Part shown: piece after piece, positions 9,113-19,400 of the stretch
Layout of the letters: each line of letters starts with the position of its first letter
How positions within the stretch are numbered: position 1 is the stretch's first letter
From: Candidatus Moanibacter sp.
Lineage (GTDB): Bacteria > Verrucomicrobiota > Verrucomicrobiia > Opitutales > UBA2987
Reading direction: 5' to 3'
DNA length: 42,742 nt
Assembly: GCA_965215885.1 (NCBI GenBank)
Contig: CBDCEW010000074.1
Span: 1-42,742 of the forward strand
Program-made: the position numbers and the translations under genes
The notes under the pieces: model-generated
Databases searched by the model: none
The model's input: the letters and a program-made list of their open reading frames with translations, nothing else
What the model was told of the DNA's origin: nothing

Positions 9113-11338
9113 ATGGAGAAACCTACCGTCAAAGAAGAGACCTTCTTACAGTGCATCCTTGGAGTGGACAAGGGTAATCCCTCGATCACGGTCTATCGGG
9201 ATCTGAGGGAAGGCAAACTGCACGTCTATTACGGGCATGAGCTTTTTGAAGTCGTAGAGGACGATCGGGAGCAAGTTGAATTCAAGCTATTGGAGGGGCG
9301 CCTCTACAATGCGGGGTTGAAGAAAGGGCGCTTAGAGAAGCAATTTGAGGTTGACCCCAAAACGATGAAGCGGTGGGGGGAGGCGCTTCAAAGCGGAGAT
9401 GCCGAGACCTTAGCGCGAGTGCTGGCGGGACGCAGCGCTCATCGCAAATTGACGAGGGAAATCCGGAGTTTTGTGCGGGTGCGCTTCGGGCAGATCTATG
9501 GGGAGAGTCGGTATGGCTACAGCAAGAAGATACGGGGGGAGATCGAGGAGGTGTTCGGAGTTAACCTCAGTGGGGAAACTTTGCGCCCTGTCTTTAAGGA
9601 GCTTAAAGAGGCCCGGGCAAAGGAGGCCGAAGCCGAGAGGGCGCAAAATCGGGAGACTCCCTGGGATTGCCCGGAGGACTCGGGGAGGGACGAACAGGAG
9701 CAAGAAGCAGAAAATAGCCCCGAAAGCGAAGGGGACAATCGCAAGGGGTCTCCCGATTTTTCGAGGGAGAGCTCCGAAGCGGTGCAATGGTATCGGCACC
9801 TGGGAGTACTTCTGTTCAGTGCCGCGCTCAGAGAAGTCGCTCAGATTGATCGCGAAGAGGGCTGGCTTTTGAAACAATGGGTGGCTTGCGGGTTGTTGGC
9901 CGCGGTCAATATCGAGCAGAGCAAACTGCTCGATCTCGAAGACCTGCAAAAACTCATCGGGCGAGTCCTGTATACCCCCTATCTGCAACGCCAAAGCCTT
10001 AGCGCCCTGGCCGATGAAGGGCTTTTAAGAGAGATCCTCAGAGTGAACGCGAGGGGCCTGAATGCTTCGGATGAAGAGAGCTTTTATTATGATCCGCACA
10101 CCAAACATTACACCGGAATGAGCAAGGTGCTGGCGGGATGGTGTCCGGGTATCCGTCTGGCCGACAAAGCGCTCCACAGCGATTTTATTCATACCCTCAA
10201 GGGCTATCCGGTCTATTTTGCGAGCACTGACAACTATGAGGATATAAGGGAACGGTTTATCCCCAACTGCGAAGCGATGCTCGAGCTGGTGCAGTTGCCG
10301 GCTGATAAGAAGGTGAGCATTTACGTGGACCGGGCGATCGCCGCGGAGTGGTTTTACGAAGCCATCGTGGAGCATCCTCAACTCGAAATCATTACCTGGG
10401 AAAAAGGTTACAAGGCCAGCGCCCAGCCCCTCCAACGGATCGACGGGCAGTTGCGCCTGCAGCGCGCGCGCAACCATGCCGAAGATCTCCAGGAGTATCA
10501 TCTTCGCTATCAGCGGGGCCCCTGGAAGAAAAATCCTCAACTGGTGCAGTGGATCGTGGAGGCGACCAATCCAAAAAATCGAACCATTACCGTGAGCATC
10601 CTGGCGACCGATCAGCAGGCCCGAAATGAAGAGGTAATCAAAGGGATGTTCAGTCGCTGGATTCAGGAGAATGACTTCAAATACCTCGATAAGCACTTTG
10701 GGATTAATCAGATCACCTCTTATCGCACCGTCCACTACAAGCGATTAGCCCAACACCTTGAGGACAAGCAGGAGAAAAGCGGTGCCGCCAAAGCCCTCCT
10801 GAAGCAAAAACAGCAATGCACCGAAGAATTGAAAAGACTGCTCCTGGCCGAGCATGCCCACCCGGGCAAAAGCGCCTCAAGGGGCGAAAAGATCCGTCGA
10901 CTCGATCAGGCCCTCAAAGCCCTCCAACTCGAACTGGAGCAAATCGACACCGAATGCTCGAGGCTGCAGCGCCTCATTGATGAAAACTATGTCCGCCTGG
11001 ACACCGCTAACAAGTCCCTCATGGATGCCTTGAAAATCTTCGCCCGTAACAGCTTCTACAAGCAGCTCGAACCCTTTAAAGCTCGCTACAACAACTATCG
11101 TGACGACCACGATCTGTTTCGCAATTTGACTCACAGTGACGGCGTTCTTATAGAGAGGGGCTGTGCGGTCGAAGCGCATTTATTCCCCACCGCAACTTAT
11201 CCCCCTCGGGTGCAGGCGGTGGTGCTTGAGTATCTGCAAACTCTCAATCAGAAGCCCTTACTGATGCCCGACGGTTCAGGCCGAAGAATCATCTTCCGAC
11301 TGGGCAAAAAATCGGGATTTAAACTTGCGATTGCATAG
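9113..11338 (+). CDS. Putative DDE transposase (741 aa)
   Basis: Fills the IR-bounded element; HTH-like N-terminus; candidate catalytic motifs YYDPH, YVDRA, RWIQENDFKY. Confidence 0.85.
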   Translation: MEKPTVKEETFLQCILGVDKGNPSITVYRDLREGKLHVYYGHELFEVVEDDREQVEFKLLEGRLYNAGLKKGRLEKQFEVDPKTMKRWGEALQSGDAETLARVLAGRSAHRKLTREIRSFVRVRFGQIYGESRYGYSKKIRGEIEEVFGVNLSGETLRPVFKELKEARAKEAEAERAQNRETPWDCPEDSGRDEQEQEAENSPESEGDNRKGSPDFSRESSEAVQWYRHLGVLLFSAALREVAQIDREEGWLLKQWVACGLLAAVNIEQSKLLDLEDLQKLIGRVLYTPYLQRQSLSALADEGLLREILRVNARGLNASDEESFYYDPHTKHYTGMSKVLAGWCPGIRLADKALHSDFIHTLKGYPVYFASTDNYEDIRERFIPNCEAMLELVQLPADKKVSIYVDRAIAAEWFYEAIVEHPQLEIITWEKGYKASAQPLQRIDGQLRLQRARNHAEDLQEYHLRYQRGPWKKNPQLVQWIVEATNPKNRTITVSILATDQQARNEEVIKGMFSRWIQENDFKYLDKHFGINQITSYRTVHYKRLAQHLEDKQEKSGAAKALLKQKQQCTEELKRLLLAEHAHPGKSASRGEKIRRLDQALKALQLELEQIDTECSRLQRLIDENYVRLDTANKSLMDALKIFARNSFYKQLEPFKARYNNYRDDHDLFRNLTHSDGVLIERGCAVEAHLFPTATYPPRVQAVVLEYLQTLNQKPLLMPDGSGRRIIFRLGKKSGFKLAIA

Positions 11339-11829
11339 TGCCTTTAGAGGGGCAATATAGTGAGGTCTGATGTTCTTGTACGAAATGTCTTGAAAGCAGC
11401 CGGGATCGATGATCGCGCCTTAGCCGACTACATCGCCGCCGTGCTCGCACATTTCGCCCGATTTACACCCAGAGCGGGGCGGAACAAGGCCAGGGAACCG
11501 CACTTTTATGTGGTCGACATCCTGGAAAAAATCGAGCGGGCCAACCCTCACCAACGCTTTTACCTCATCACCTACCTGGGAAATCAGGCTCTGGTATTAA
11601 CCAGCGTATTTCCCGATCACATTGAATACCGAGCCCGCTACCGAGCCTCGCCTGGTTTGGGATATTACGAATCGGTGGGAAGCGCTCAGTTTCATGCCGC
11701 CAGCCGCCACGCCCTCGCTCAGGAATTTCAGTTGGAAAGCGTCTACTCAGCCCTTTCGGATTCCTTTCGGATCGTGCGTTCCGCGCTTAACGATATGCGA
11801 TCCCGTCTGCTTTTCCTGGGTGAGCGCGA

Positions 11830-11866
11830 CTAACAGCCTGGCGGACTTCGTCCTTCAGGCTGTTAG
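11830..11866. repeat. Minimal CTAA-flanked MITE-like hairpin between convergent genes
   Basis: ctaacagcctggcggacttcgtccttcaggctgttag; overlaps the TAA stop at 11831-11833. Confidence 0.65.
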
Positions 11867-11868
11867 AG

Positions 11869-12441
11869 TTAGCCGGCCAAACCCAGCTCGGCTGCCATCT
11901 CCTTCATACTGTTGATGACATTCTGTACATGTTCACCCAGCTCGATACCGAGTTCGTCCCTACCCGTTAGAATGTCTTCGCGATTGATGGCGCGGGCGAA
12001 GGACTTGTCTCTCATTTTCTTCCTTACGGATTTGACTTTGAGCGAGTAAATCGATCGATCAGGTCGAACCAGAGCCGCCGCGCTGATCAAACCGGTCAGC
12101 TCATCGCAGGCGAAGAGCGCCTTGGCCAGGAGGGTGCGTCGTTCCACACCGGAATACGTGGCATGACCAAGGATCGCTTCGATCATTATGGACGGATAGC
12201 CTTTCTCCCTGAGGATGCCACACCCGACAAAAGGGTGACCTTCTTTGCTCAACTCGGGGTTCTGCTCATAATCGAAATCGTGAAGAAGTCCGGTATTGCC
12301 CCACAGTTCTTCATCCTCTCCAAAGTGGCGGGCGTACCAACGCATTGCAGCCTCGACCGCCACTCCGTGTTTTATGAGGCTCCCACTCTTAGTGTATTCG
12401 TTCAGGAGAGCAAACGCCTCGCTTCGAGTTTTCTTTGCCAT
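11869..12441 (-). CDS. HD-domain metal-dependent phosphohydrolase
   Basis: H...V.AAMR, GLLHDFDYE, ILGHA, LFACDELTG. Confidence 0.9.
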   Translation of the reverse strand: MAKKTRSEAFALLNEYTKSGSLIKHGVAVEAAMRWYARHFGEDEELWGNTGLLHDFDYEQNPELSKEGHPFVGCGILREKGYPSIMIEAILGHATYSGVERRTLLAKALFACDELTGLISAAALVRPDRSIYSLKVKSVRKKMRDKSFARAINREDILTGRDELGIELGEHVQNVINSMKEMAAELGLAG

Positions 12442-12724
12442 GTATGCTATATCTGCCTGTGAACTGTATGCCGGTGATAGAGAGGCTCACGAAAGATAGA
12501 GTCCTTCATTAGTCAATGAATATGCACAATCTGTCAAATTCGCAAGCGTGCGCGAAGTAAGAACTCCGATTTGAATGGCACTAAGCTACCGGATATAAAC
12601 GGTAAATCCGGCTGAGGTCCGTTTCGGCCGCAAGCGGCCTTCCCACAACAGCTTATATCCCGGCGAACCGGAATAGGAAGCTCGCTTGTCGGAGACCCTG
12701 AGCCTGCCGAGGGGCAAGCGTCTT

Positions 12725-14209
12725 TTAATCCGCGAAGGAGGTTTGAACGACCTCGTGGATCTCTCTTTTGAAATTTGGAATATGCTTACTCACCCAATCC
12801 TCAAAGAATTCATAAGAAAGCTTTCCTCCAACGCGGTCATTCAGGATAACCCAACCCGGCAAACTACAGAGATTTTCATTCTCAAAGTAAAGTTGAGAAC
12901 CGCTGAATCCAAGACCGAATCGCTTGCAGAGGTGATTAGAAATATTGACGAGGGCGCAAACAATCGGCTCCTCCTCGGCTTTTTGAGGCGCCCGGTGATA
13001 CCGCAGCGCCATTTCTAATGGCCGCGCTAATCGATTCTCCCTGGCGTAAATTCCACCGGCTTCCTCGTGGGTCATTCCGAAGACCATACTCTCCCAAATG
13101 TTGAGGGGATATTCGCGATCAAAGGTGTGCAAAAGAGCCTGTTTGTAACCCGCGGGATAGATATACGACAGTACGATCTTTCCGATGTCGTGTAATAAAC
13201 CCGCAACATAGTAATAGGCTGTGTCCGGCAGCTTCAAGTATTCAGCGAGCTCACCACTGAGGAGACCACAGGCAAAATTGTGGATCCACAGATTGCGCCA
13301 GTTTATTCCCTCCACGAGGAGATTCGCATCCGAGATCGTATTCAAGGCATAGGACAGAAACCGAACTCTACGTACTCCAATTAATTGAATAGCGTTATTC
13401 AGATTATCGACGGGCTGAGCGGTGGCATAGTAAGCACTATTGGCCGTGTGCAGGATTTTCGCACTTATTGACGGATCCTTATCCACCACTCTGACCACTT
13501 CGTTCACGTCCACATCGCTGCTTCCCACAACCGATCTAAAGGATCGAGCTATCGAAGCCAGGGCGGGCAGATCCTTCAGATCTCCGATTGCTTTTGCAGT
13601 CTGATCATTAGTGAAAATCTGCATCGTTTTGGGAAAGCCAAGTGAGGTCAGGAATTCCGTCGCGGGGCGGCCCCTTTCGATTTCCAGGAGTCTCTCCTGG
13701 AGTGATGGTTTGTCTACTCCATTGGGGGTCTCGCCGATCTCGATCTCTCCAATCCGGTGACCAGTAGAAACCCCTTCCTCAAAAAACGAATCCGCGGATA
13801 TCCCTTCTCCAGATTCTCTCACTATTTCAGTTACTCGCCCTCCCTCTACATCCGACTGCGCCTGCCCTGGAGCAATTCCCCGCTCTTGAGATGGAATAGC
13901 AACGCAGTTCGTTTTTGACGGGGAGCAATCCTGCTGAAGTATCTCCAGGAACGAAGTATAGTTATGAGCCCGAATTGCATCCCTATCGGACTTCCCGCTC
14001 GATTCCAGTTCATCTTCGGTGCGCAACCTTGTCTCTTTCCGCGAATTGGACTCCTCCATCCCACTCGCACTTTTCCGTGGAGTGCCGTCGCTTCCGTTCG
14101 ACGAAACGACACTTGTATCCGTATCAAGAATATCCGAACCGGGGTTTTCCGCCCTTCGGAAGGGCCAGAAGTCCAACAGATTCGCGAATAACTCAATGAT
14201 GCCTCGCAT
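12725..14209 (-). CDS. HDOD-domain protein with a low-complexity N-terminal extension
   Basis: LPAL, DPSISAKILHTANSAYY, AIQLIG, AGLLHDIGK, HEEAG; start uncertain, ATG at 14209 chosen to avoid overlap with the upstream ORF. Confidence 0.88.
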   Translation of the reverse strand: MRGIIELFANLLDFWPFRRAENPGSDILDTDTSVVSSNGSDGTPRKSASGMEESNSRKETRLRTEDELESSGKSDRDAIRAHNYTSFLEILQQDCSPSKTNCVAIPSQERGIAPGQAQSDVEGGRVTEIVRESGEGISADSFFEEGVSTGHRIGEIEIGETPNGVDKPSLQERLLEIERGRPATEFLTSLGFPKTMQIFTNDQTAKAIGDLKDLPALASIARSFRSVVGSSDVDVNEVVRVVDKDPSISAKILHTANSAYYATAQPVDNLNNAIQLIGVRRVRFLSYALNTISDANLLVEGINWRNLWIHNFACGLLSGELAEYLKLPDTAYYYVAGLLHDIGKIVLSYIYPAGYKQALLHTFDREYPLNIWESMVFGMTHEEAGGIYARENRLARPLEMALRYHRAPQKAEEEPIVCALVNISNHLCKRFGLGFSGSQLYFENENLCSLPGWVILNDRVGGKLSYEFFEDWVSKHIPNFKREIHEVVQTSFAD

Positions 14210-14222
14210 GAGAAAAGTCTTT

Positions 14223-14681
14223 TTAGTCATCCGAGATGTCTTCATTGCCCTCCGGGTTCTGAACCTTTGGGGAGGGCGCGCCTTGGCCACCTCCCAGCTG
14301 GAACGTAAAGTCCTGGTAGAGTCTGTCAGCGGCTACCGCGAGGTCCTCCTTGCCGTTTATAACAATGAAAAAGGATTCACCCGCGTTTTCAGGAAAAGTC
14401 ATGATTTGCCCTTTAAAAGCGGTCCGTTTTCCCGTATCCGGAATTGCCTGAACTTTCAGCGACGCTAAAACGAGCTCACTCTCGGGGTCATGCATATTAA
14501 GCGTAACCTGTCCTTTCCGAAAGTTTATGATTCTCCTAAGCAAAAGGGAGTCATGCCCGGGAATTTCTCTGTTGGACAGACCCTGGTTCAAGCAACCCTC
14601 AAGTTTCTCGATAAAATGTAGAGTTGAGACTCTCACTTCCCCAATTGTAAGATCCGATTCCTGGTACGTGTTCAGCGACAT
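14223..14681 (-). CDS. Hypothetical protein
   Basis: 152-aa ATG ORF directly upstream of and co-oriented with the HDOD gene; no motif recognised. Confidence 0.6.
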   Translation of the reverse strand: MSLNTYQESDLTIGEVRVSTLHFIEKLEGCLNQGLSNREIPGHDSLLLRRIINFRKGQVTLNMHDPESELVLASLKVQAIPDTGKRTAFKGQIMTFPENAGESFFIVINGKEDLAVAADRLYQDFTFQLGGGQGAPSPKVQNPEGNEDISDD

Positions 14682-14824
14682 CCATCCCAGACAGTTCCTT
14701 CTCGATCAGGTTATGACCGTACCCTCATTCCGTATTATTCGGTCATTTTTCCAATTTCATTAGAAATTCAGGCCTCAATTTCCGTGCTCGTTCTCTCCGT
14801 CCGGAAAACCCTATACTACTCTGA

Positions 14825-15355
14825 ATGGCCAGATTTGTCCTCCTCTTCTACGCCATTTTGAGCATCTTGGCGTTGTGTCTGATCCAATGGCGAATGGACA
14901 GCGCGTTTCTCTTCCACCCACTTTCACTACCTGCTTCAGGTATTCTCCTTCCGGCTGCATCAAGCATAATTCTCGTAATCCTTGTCCATTTACTCTCCCT
15001 GGCAGCGCTCGACCGCTGGCAGACACTTAAGGAATGCGCCGAGGACATGCGAAGCATACTTGGAGGCCTCTCCAAAGGGGAGATCTTCATAATCGCGGTA
15101 AGCAGCGGAATTGGTGAGGAGCTTTTCTTTCGAGGTTGGCTCCTCAATGAGACAGGTCTCGTCGTTTCGTCTCTTATATTCGGATTTGTGCATTTCCCCC
15201 CCAACAGGAATTGGTTCTACTGGCCCCTCTTTGCCTCAGCCATGGGTTTCCTTCTCGGGAGCCTCTGCCTGTGGACCGATACCTTGATCTATGCTATCGT
15301 CGTCCACGCAGGCGTTAATTTCTTCAATATACTTAAACTCCCTGAACGCGGCTAA
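14825..15355 (+). CDS. CPBP (Abi/CAAX) family intramembrane protease
   Basis: GEELFFRG, FGFVH, H...N motifs; hydrophobic. Confidence 0.92.
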   Translation: MARFVLLFYAILSILALCLIQWRMDSAFLFHPLSLPASGILLPAASSIILVILVHLLSLAALDRWQTLKECAEDMRSILGGLSKGEIFIIAVSSGIGEELFFRGWLLNETGLVVSSLIFGFVHFPPNRNWFYWPLFASAMGFLLGSLCLWTDTLIYAIVVHAGVNFFNILKLPERG

Positions 15356-15397
15356 CAGTCTGTCGGACGAAGTCCGATCCCGGCTAGCCGGGATTAG
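15352..15397. repeat. CTAA-flanked MITE-like element overlapping the CPBP gene stop codon
   Basis: ctaacagtctgtcggacgaagtccgatcccggctagccgggattag. Confidence 0.65.
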
Positions 15398-15407
15398 AAA
15401 CAAGAAA

Positions 15408-15954
15408 ATGAAACTGAATGACAGCACAGGATCGAGAATGCCCCCGATCAGAATTGGTCTGGGCGTGTCATTCACGATCCTCGGCGTCCTTTCATTCAGC
15501 CTCCTCGATTTAATCACAAAATATGCAACCAGCAATTATCCGATGATGCAGCTGGCATGGGCTCGCTTAATCTTTCACTTAGATCACCACAAAGATGCTG
15601 AGTGGCAGCGAATCCGTCATGGTCGTTCTCCAATATCCAGCCTTTGTCGGCTCCATAATTTTAAGTGGTATCGTCCCTTTTGTTTGGGTAACGCCTTCGA
15701 CAATCGGATGGCTCTTGTTCCTGGGGATGGGACTGTTCGGCATGCTTGGCCACGTGTTTCTCATTAAGGCTCTCGATTTCGCACCCGCCACTGCGATCAC
15801 GTCCTACCATTACACCCAGATTCTCTTTGCCACAATCTGGGGTTACATTTTCTTTGGGGATTTCCCTGATAACTATACGATAACCGGAACAATCTTGCTC
15901 ATCGCCAGTAGCCTCTATTCGTTCCACCTGCAGAGGAGAAACGTTTCGACTTGA
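15408..15954 (+). pseudogene. DMT/EamA transporter remnant with an internal deletion and frameshift near 15580
   Basis: The N-terminal EamA segment (..LDLITKY..QLAWAR) abuts an out-of-frame C-terminal segment (GMLGHVFLIKAL..APAT..YHYTQILFATIWGYIFFGDFP). Confidence 0.75.
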
Positions 15955-16029
15955 GCAGTCCTTGCAGGTCGGGGTTTGATCAGAAAATTCACTGTACATG
16001 CGGGTTACCGGGCGATGCAAACTAGTTCA

Positions 16030-16222
16030 ATTCGGTGGAAACACCATCGAAACGCTCCCGCGTTCCGCTACGGGTGTCGAAATACAGCGTAGCGGAATGC
16101 GGAAGCATTTCGTCCTGCGACAGCCGCAAGTGTCACTCTGCCGTACGGCAGAGTTTGATCCTGCAAGGAACACGCCGGGGGGGGGCGTCTGATGATAAGT
16201 AGCCGCGTTCGTAAGAACGTGG
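16030..16222. repeat. Cluster of GTAG-type REP palindromes
   Basis: 16030-16114 resembles 21241-21325 and 27627-27650; 16199-16222 is identical to 41900-41923; palindrome ctgccgtacggcag also occurs at 41852-41865. Confidence 0.75.
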
Positions 16223-16483
16223 TCGTGATTGCCGAAACGGCGACTCTTTCAGCAGAATCAGACTTTCGACTTGGTAATTCCCCGTCCCGGCGGGCCGAAA
16301 TGACGTGGCTAATTCTCTCAAGCATCATCGTGCGCTGCCCACTTCTCCGGCTCATTCCGATTGGAATACAGCGCGTTTGAACAGGGAATTACCAATTAAA
16401 CTACGCCGTTCCGAATCTGGGAAGAAAGGTTTTTTGTATCCTCGACTGGGATTTCACTGTGACATATGCTCTCCCCCTCTCAA

Positions 16484-19400
16484 ATGAAGAATCCCTACGC
16501 AGGTTTACTCTCATTGGCCTTCCTTCTGTTTGGCGCCCAGACCGCCATTCAAGGAGCTACGATACAGGGCCGTATCGAGCCGGACGAAGCGATCGATGCC
16601 GGCGGCCAGTGGCGCAAGGTTGGAACGACAGAATGGCTCAACCACCAGGACCAAATTACCGAGACGTTCAGCGGCAATCCATTCAATGTAGAGTTCGAGT
16701 TCCGCGATATATTCGGATTTAATACTCCCGCAAACCATACGCTCGAAGTCAATGACGACGGCTTCTTTTCCTTTACGGGAATCTACGAACTGGACGCTCC
16801 TGATTTGACCATCCAATCGATTGTTCAAGATCCCGATTCCTCCACCGCCGTAGACTGGGAGAAGTCCGTCACATTTACTATTATCATTGTCGACGATGGG
16901 GGAAATCCTGTCAGCGGTGCATTTGTGGAAGTTGCTGACACCGTCATGGATGGTACATTTCAGTCCGGTGAAAGCGACGGCAACGGAGTCGTAACCTATA
17001 CCACTACCGTGCCGAGCCAGACATCGGACGATACTTACACCCTCGATTTCGTGGCCATGCGTGCAAATGCAAACGACAGTGGTGTATTCCCCAGGCAGGT
17101 TATCGTCTCCTCGCACATCATTTCATTGAGCGGTGATCTGGACTTTGGTGATGTCGTGATCGACGATGCAGCTCAGAGGACTCTCTCAATCAATAATGAG
17201 GGCAGCTCCGCCATAAACATAAGCGGAATCAACTACCCTTCACCTGCCTTTGGCGGGAGCTTTATCGGAACGGTATTTCCGATGAGTACTCAGAATATTG
17301 TAATCACCTTTTTTCCTGATTCCGAGAGCGCGTTTGGTGGTGAAGTCGAAGTGGGGACGGTGGAAACCGTAACGGGAAACACTACGATTGCGATTTCAGG
17401 GAACGGCGTACCCGAAGCCATCTTCCCTCCAGAAACCGTTACCGCTACCAAGGCAGACTTCGGATTCAAGATCGTCATAAGCTGGTCACGGGTGGATGAG
17501 ATCACCGAATATGAGATCTTTCGCAATACCGAGGACAACTCGGAAACCGCTGCTTTGATTTCCACCCGCAATGAGACCGGCACCGAGGACCCCATCGTCT
17601 TTGATGATCTTAGTATCGAAGTGGGCACTCTCTATTATTACTGGATAAAATCGAAGCTCGACGATCAACGAAGTGAATTCGGCATTCCGGATTTCGGCTT
17701 TGCCCTGGCTGCTCCTCAGCGCGTCGAAGCGAGCGACGGAGTATTCGTGGACAAAGTCGTCCTGAACTGGGCCTTATCCTTCGGGGCGGATTCCTACGAC
17801 GTCTTTAGAAACACGGTAAATGATCAGGGAGCTGCGACCTTAGTCGGAAATACTGCAGAGCTTACATTCCCGGACACTACAGCCGTTCCCGGAACGACCT
17901 ATTTCTACTGGATAAAAACGGTTAAAAGCGGCTTCAGCACAGACTTCAGTTTCAGCGATACCGGTTTTGCCTTCGCCACTCCCCAAAAAATTGTCGCCAG
18001 CGATGGGGAGTTTTTTAACAAAGTGGAAGTCGCGTGGGATTTCGTTCAAGGTGCTCAGTCTTACACGATATTTCGTCACACCAGCAATGAAAGCGCAGAG
18101 GCCACACAGATTTCCGCAATACTTGGAACACGCTTCCAGGACATGACGGCGGAGCCCGGGCAAGTTTACTTTTACTGGGTCAAAGCCATCAATTCTCAAA
18201 ATGCAACAACCGACTTCAGTCGCTCCGACGCCGGTTTCATCTCCAACCCACAATCTCTAAATGACGGCTTGGTGGTCTTTTTCCCCTTTAACGGGAACGC
18301 CAATGACGAAGGAGACCTCGGCCTCGACAGCACTCTCAGCGGAGCCAGTTTAACCTCTGACCGATTCGGGAAGAGCGACAGTGCCTACAACTTCGACGGA
18401 ATCGATGATTTTATCGAGCTACCCGTCAACTCATTGAGTATCCTGGTCGGGCGTTATACCATCTCAGCTTGGATCAAGACTACTGCAACTCCGGAAACTC
18501 TTGGTCCGATATATTCCGGAAAACATGATTTCCTGGAAAGCCAGTTCGGAGGCTTTCAGATTTCGGTCGAAAGCGAGGGCAAGATTGACAGCGAGAATTA
18601 CACTTCGCCGATTGAGAGCTTTGGCGGTGTCACAACCACTCCCATAAACGATGGTGCGTGGCACCAGGTCGTGGGCACCTGGGACGGAACGGAATACCGG
18701 GTCTACGTAGACGGTACCCGGGAGTTGGTCGGCCAGGCAACTTTCGCCGGGCAAATCTCATGGCTCGCCTCTATTGAATCCATGTTTATCGGAAAAAATC
18801 TCGAAGAGGAATACTATCAGGGTACTATCGACGATCTGCGCCTTTACAACCGCGCTCTTTCGTCCGAAGAGATCACGGATCTTCGCGCGGCCACAACCGG
18901 TGAAGCCGCCGCTTTGCGGGTGGCCGGCAATGCCTCCTTCGTGAATGAAGGCACTGAGTTTCAAGGAAATTTCTACAATGGATTCGAACTAAAGGGAGCG
19001 ACCGGAGTCTTCTCCTCCAACCCGGGAGAGATTACACGCATATCTTTCCTCGACCTGGGCGGTGATCTCGTATTCGCCGAATTCGGTAGCGACGACCCAG
19101 ACACGACGCTTCTTATAAGTCTGGGAAACCACGTCGAGGCGGTTCCCTCTCCCTACAACCAGCCGGGCACAACCTACGAACAGGGATTGGCCTGTTTCTC
19201 CATCAACAATTCTACTGAGGCCACCTTTTTCTCCATATTTACTCTTGGAAACGACCCCTCCAGGGTCGATACCGCGCTCATACAATCCGACACGCTCTCC
19301 GGGAGCGTCGATGGGATCGCCGATCTCGGCTCAATTTCGGTAGCGGTGAATTCACAGCTTTCTGATCCCGGTGCTCAAACCAGAATCGGAGGTATTAACG

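Larger units (their letters stand above)
8915..11369 (+). mobile_element. Insertion sequence of uncertain family (2455 bp)
   Basis: IRs cagaactcgctat / atagtgaggtctg (11 of 13 match); 5-bp target duplication ATGTT at 8910-8914 and 11370-11374. Confidence 0.9.
8693..11833 (+). pseudogene. Conserved hypothetical gene split by an IS (8693-8914 + 11375-11833, 226 aa when rejoined)
   Basis: Removing 8915-11374 restores the frame ...LNLYFYV|LVRNVLKAAG... Confidence 0.85.

Noticed and set aside
12575..12725. Structured ncRNA between the HD and HDOD genes
   Set aside because: The hairpins resemble REP-like repeats (one recurs near 42087) and no tRNA, SRP, tmRNA or RNase P signature was recognised.
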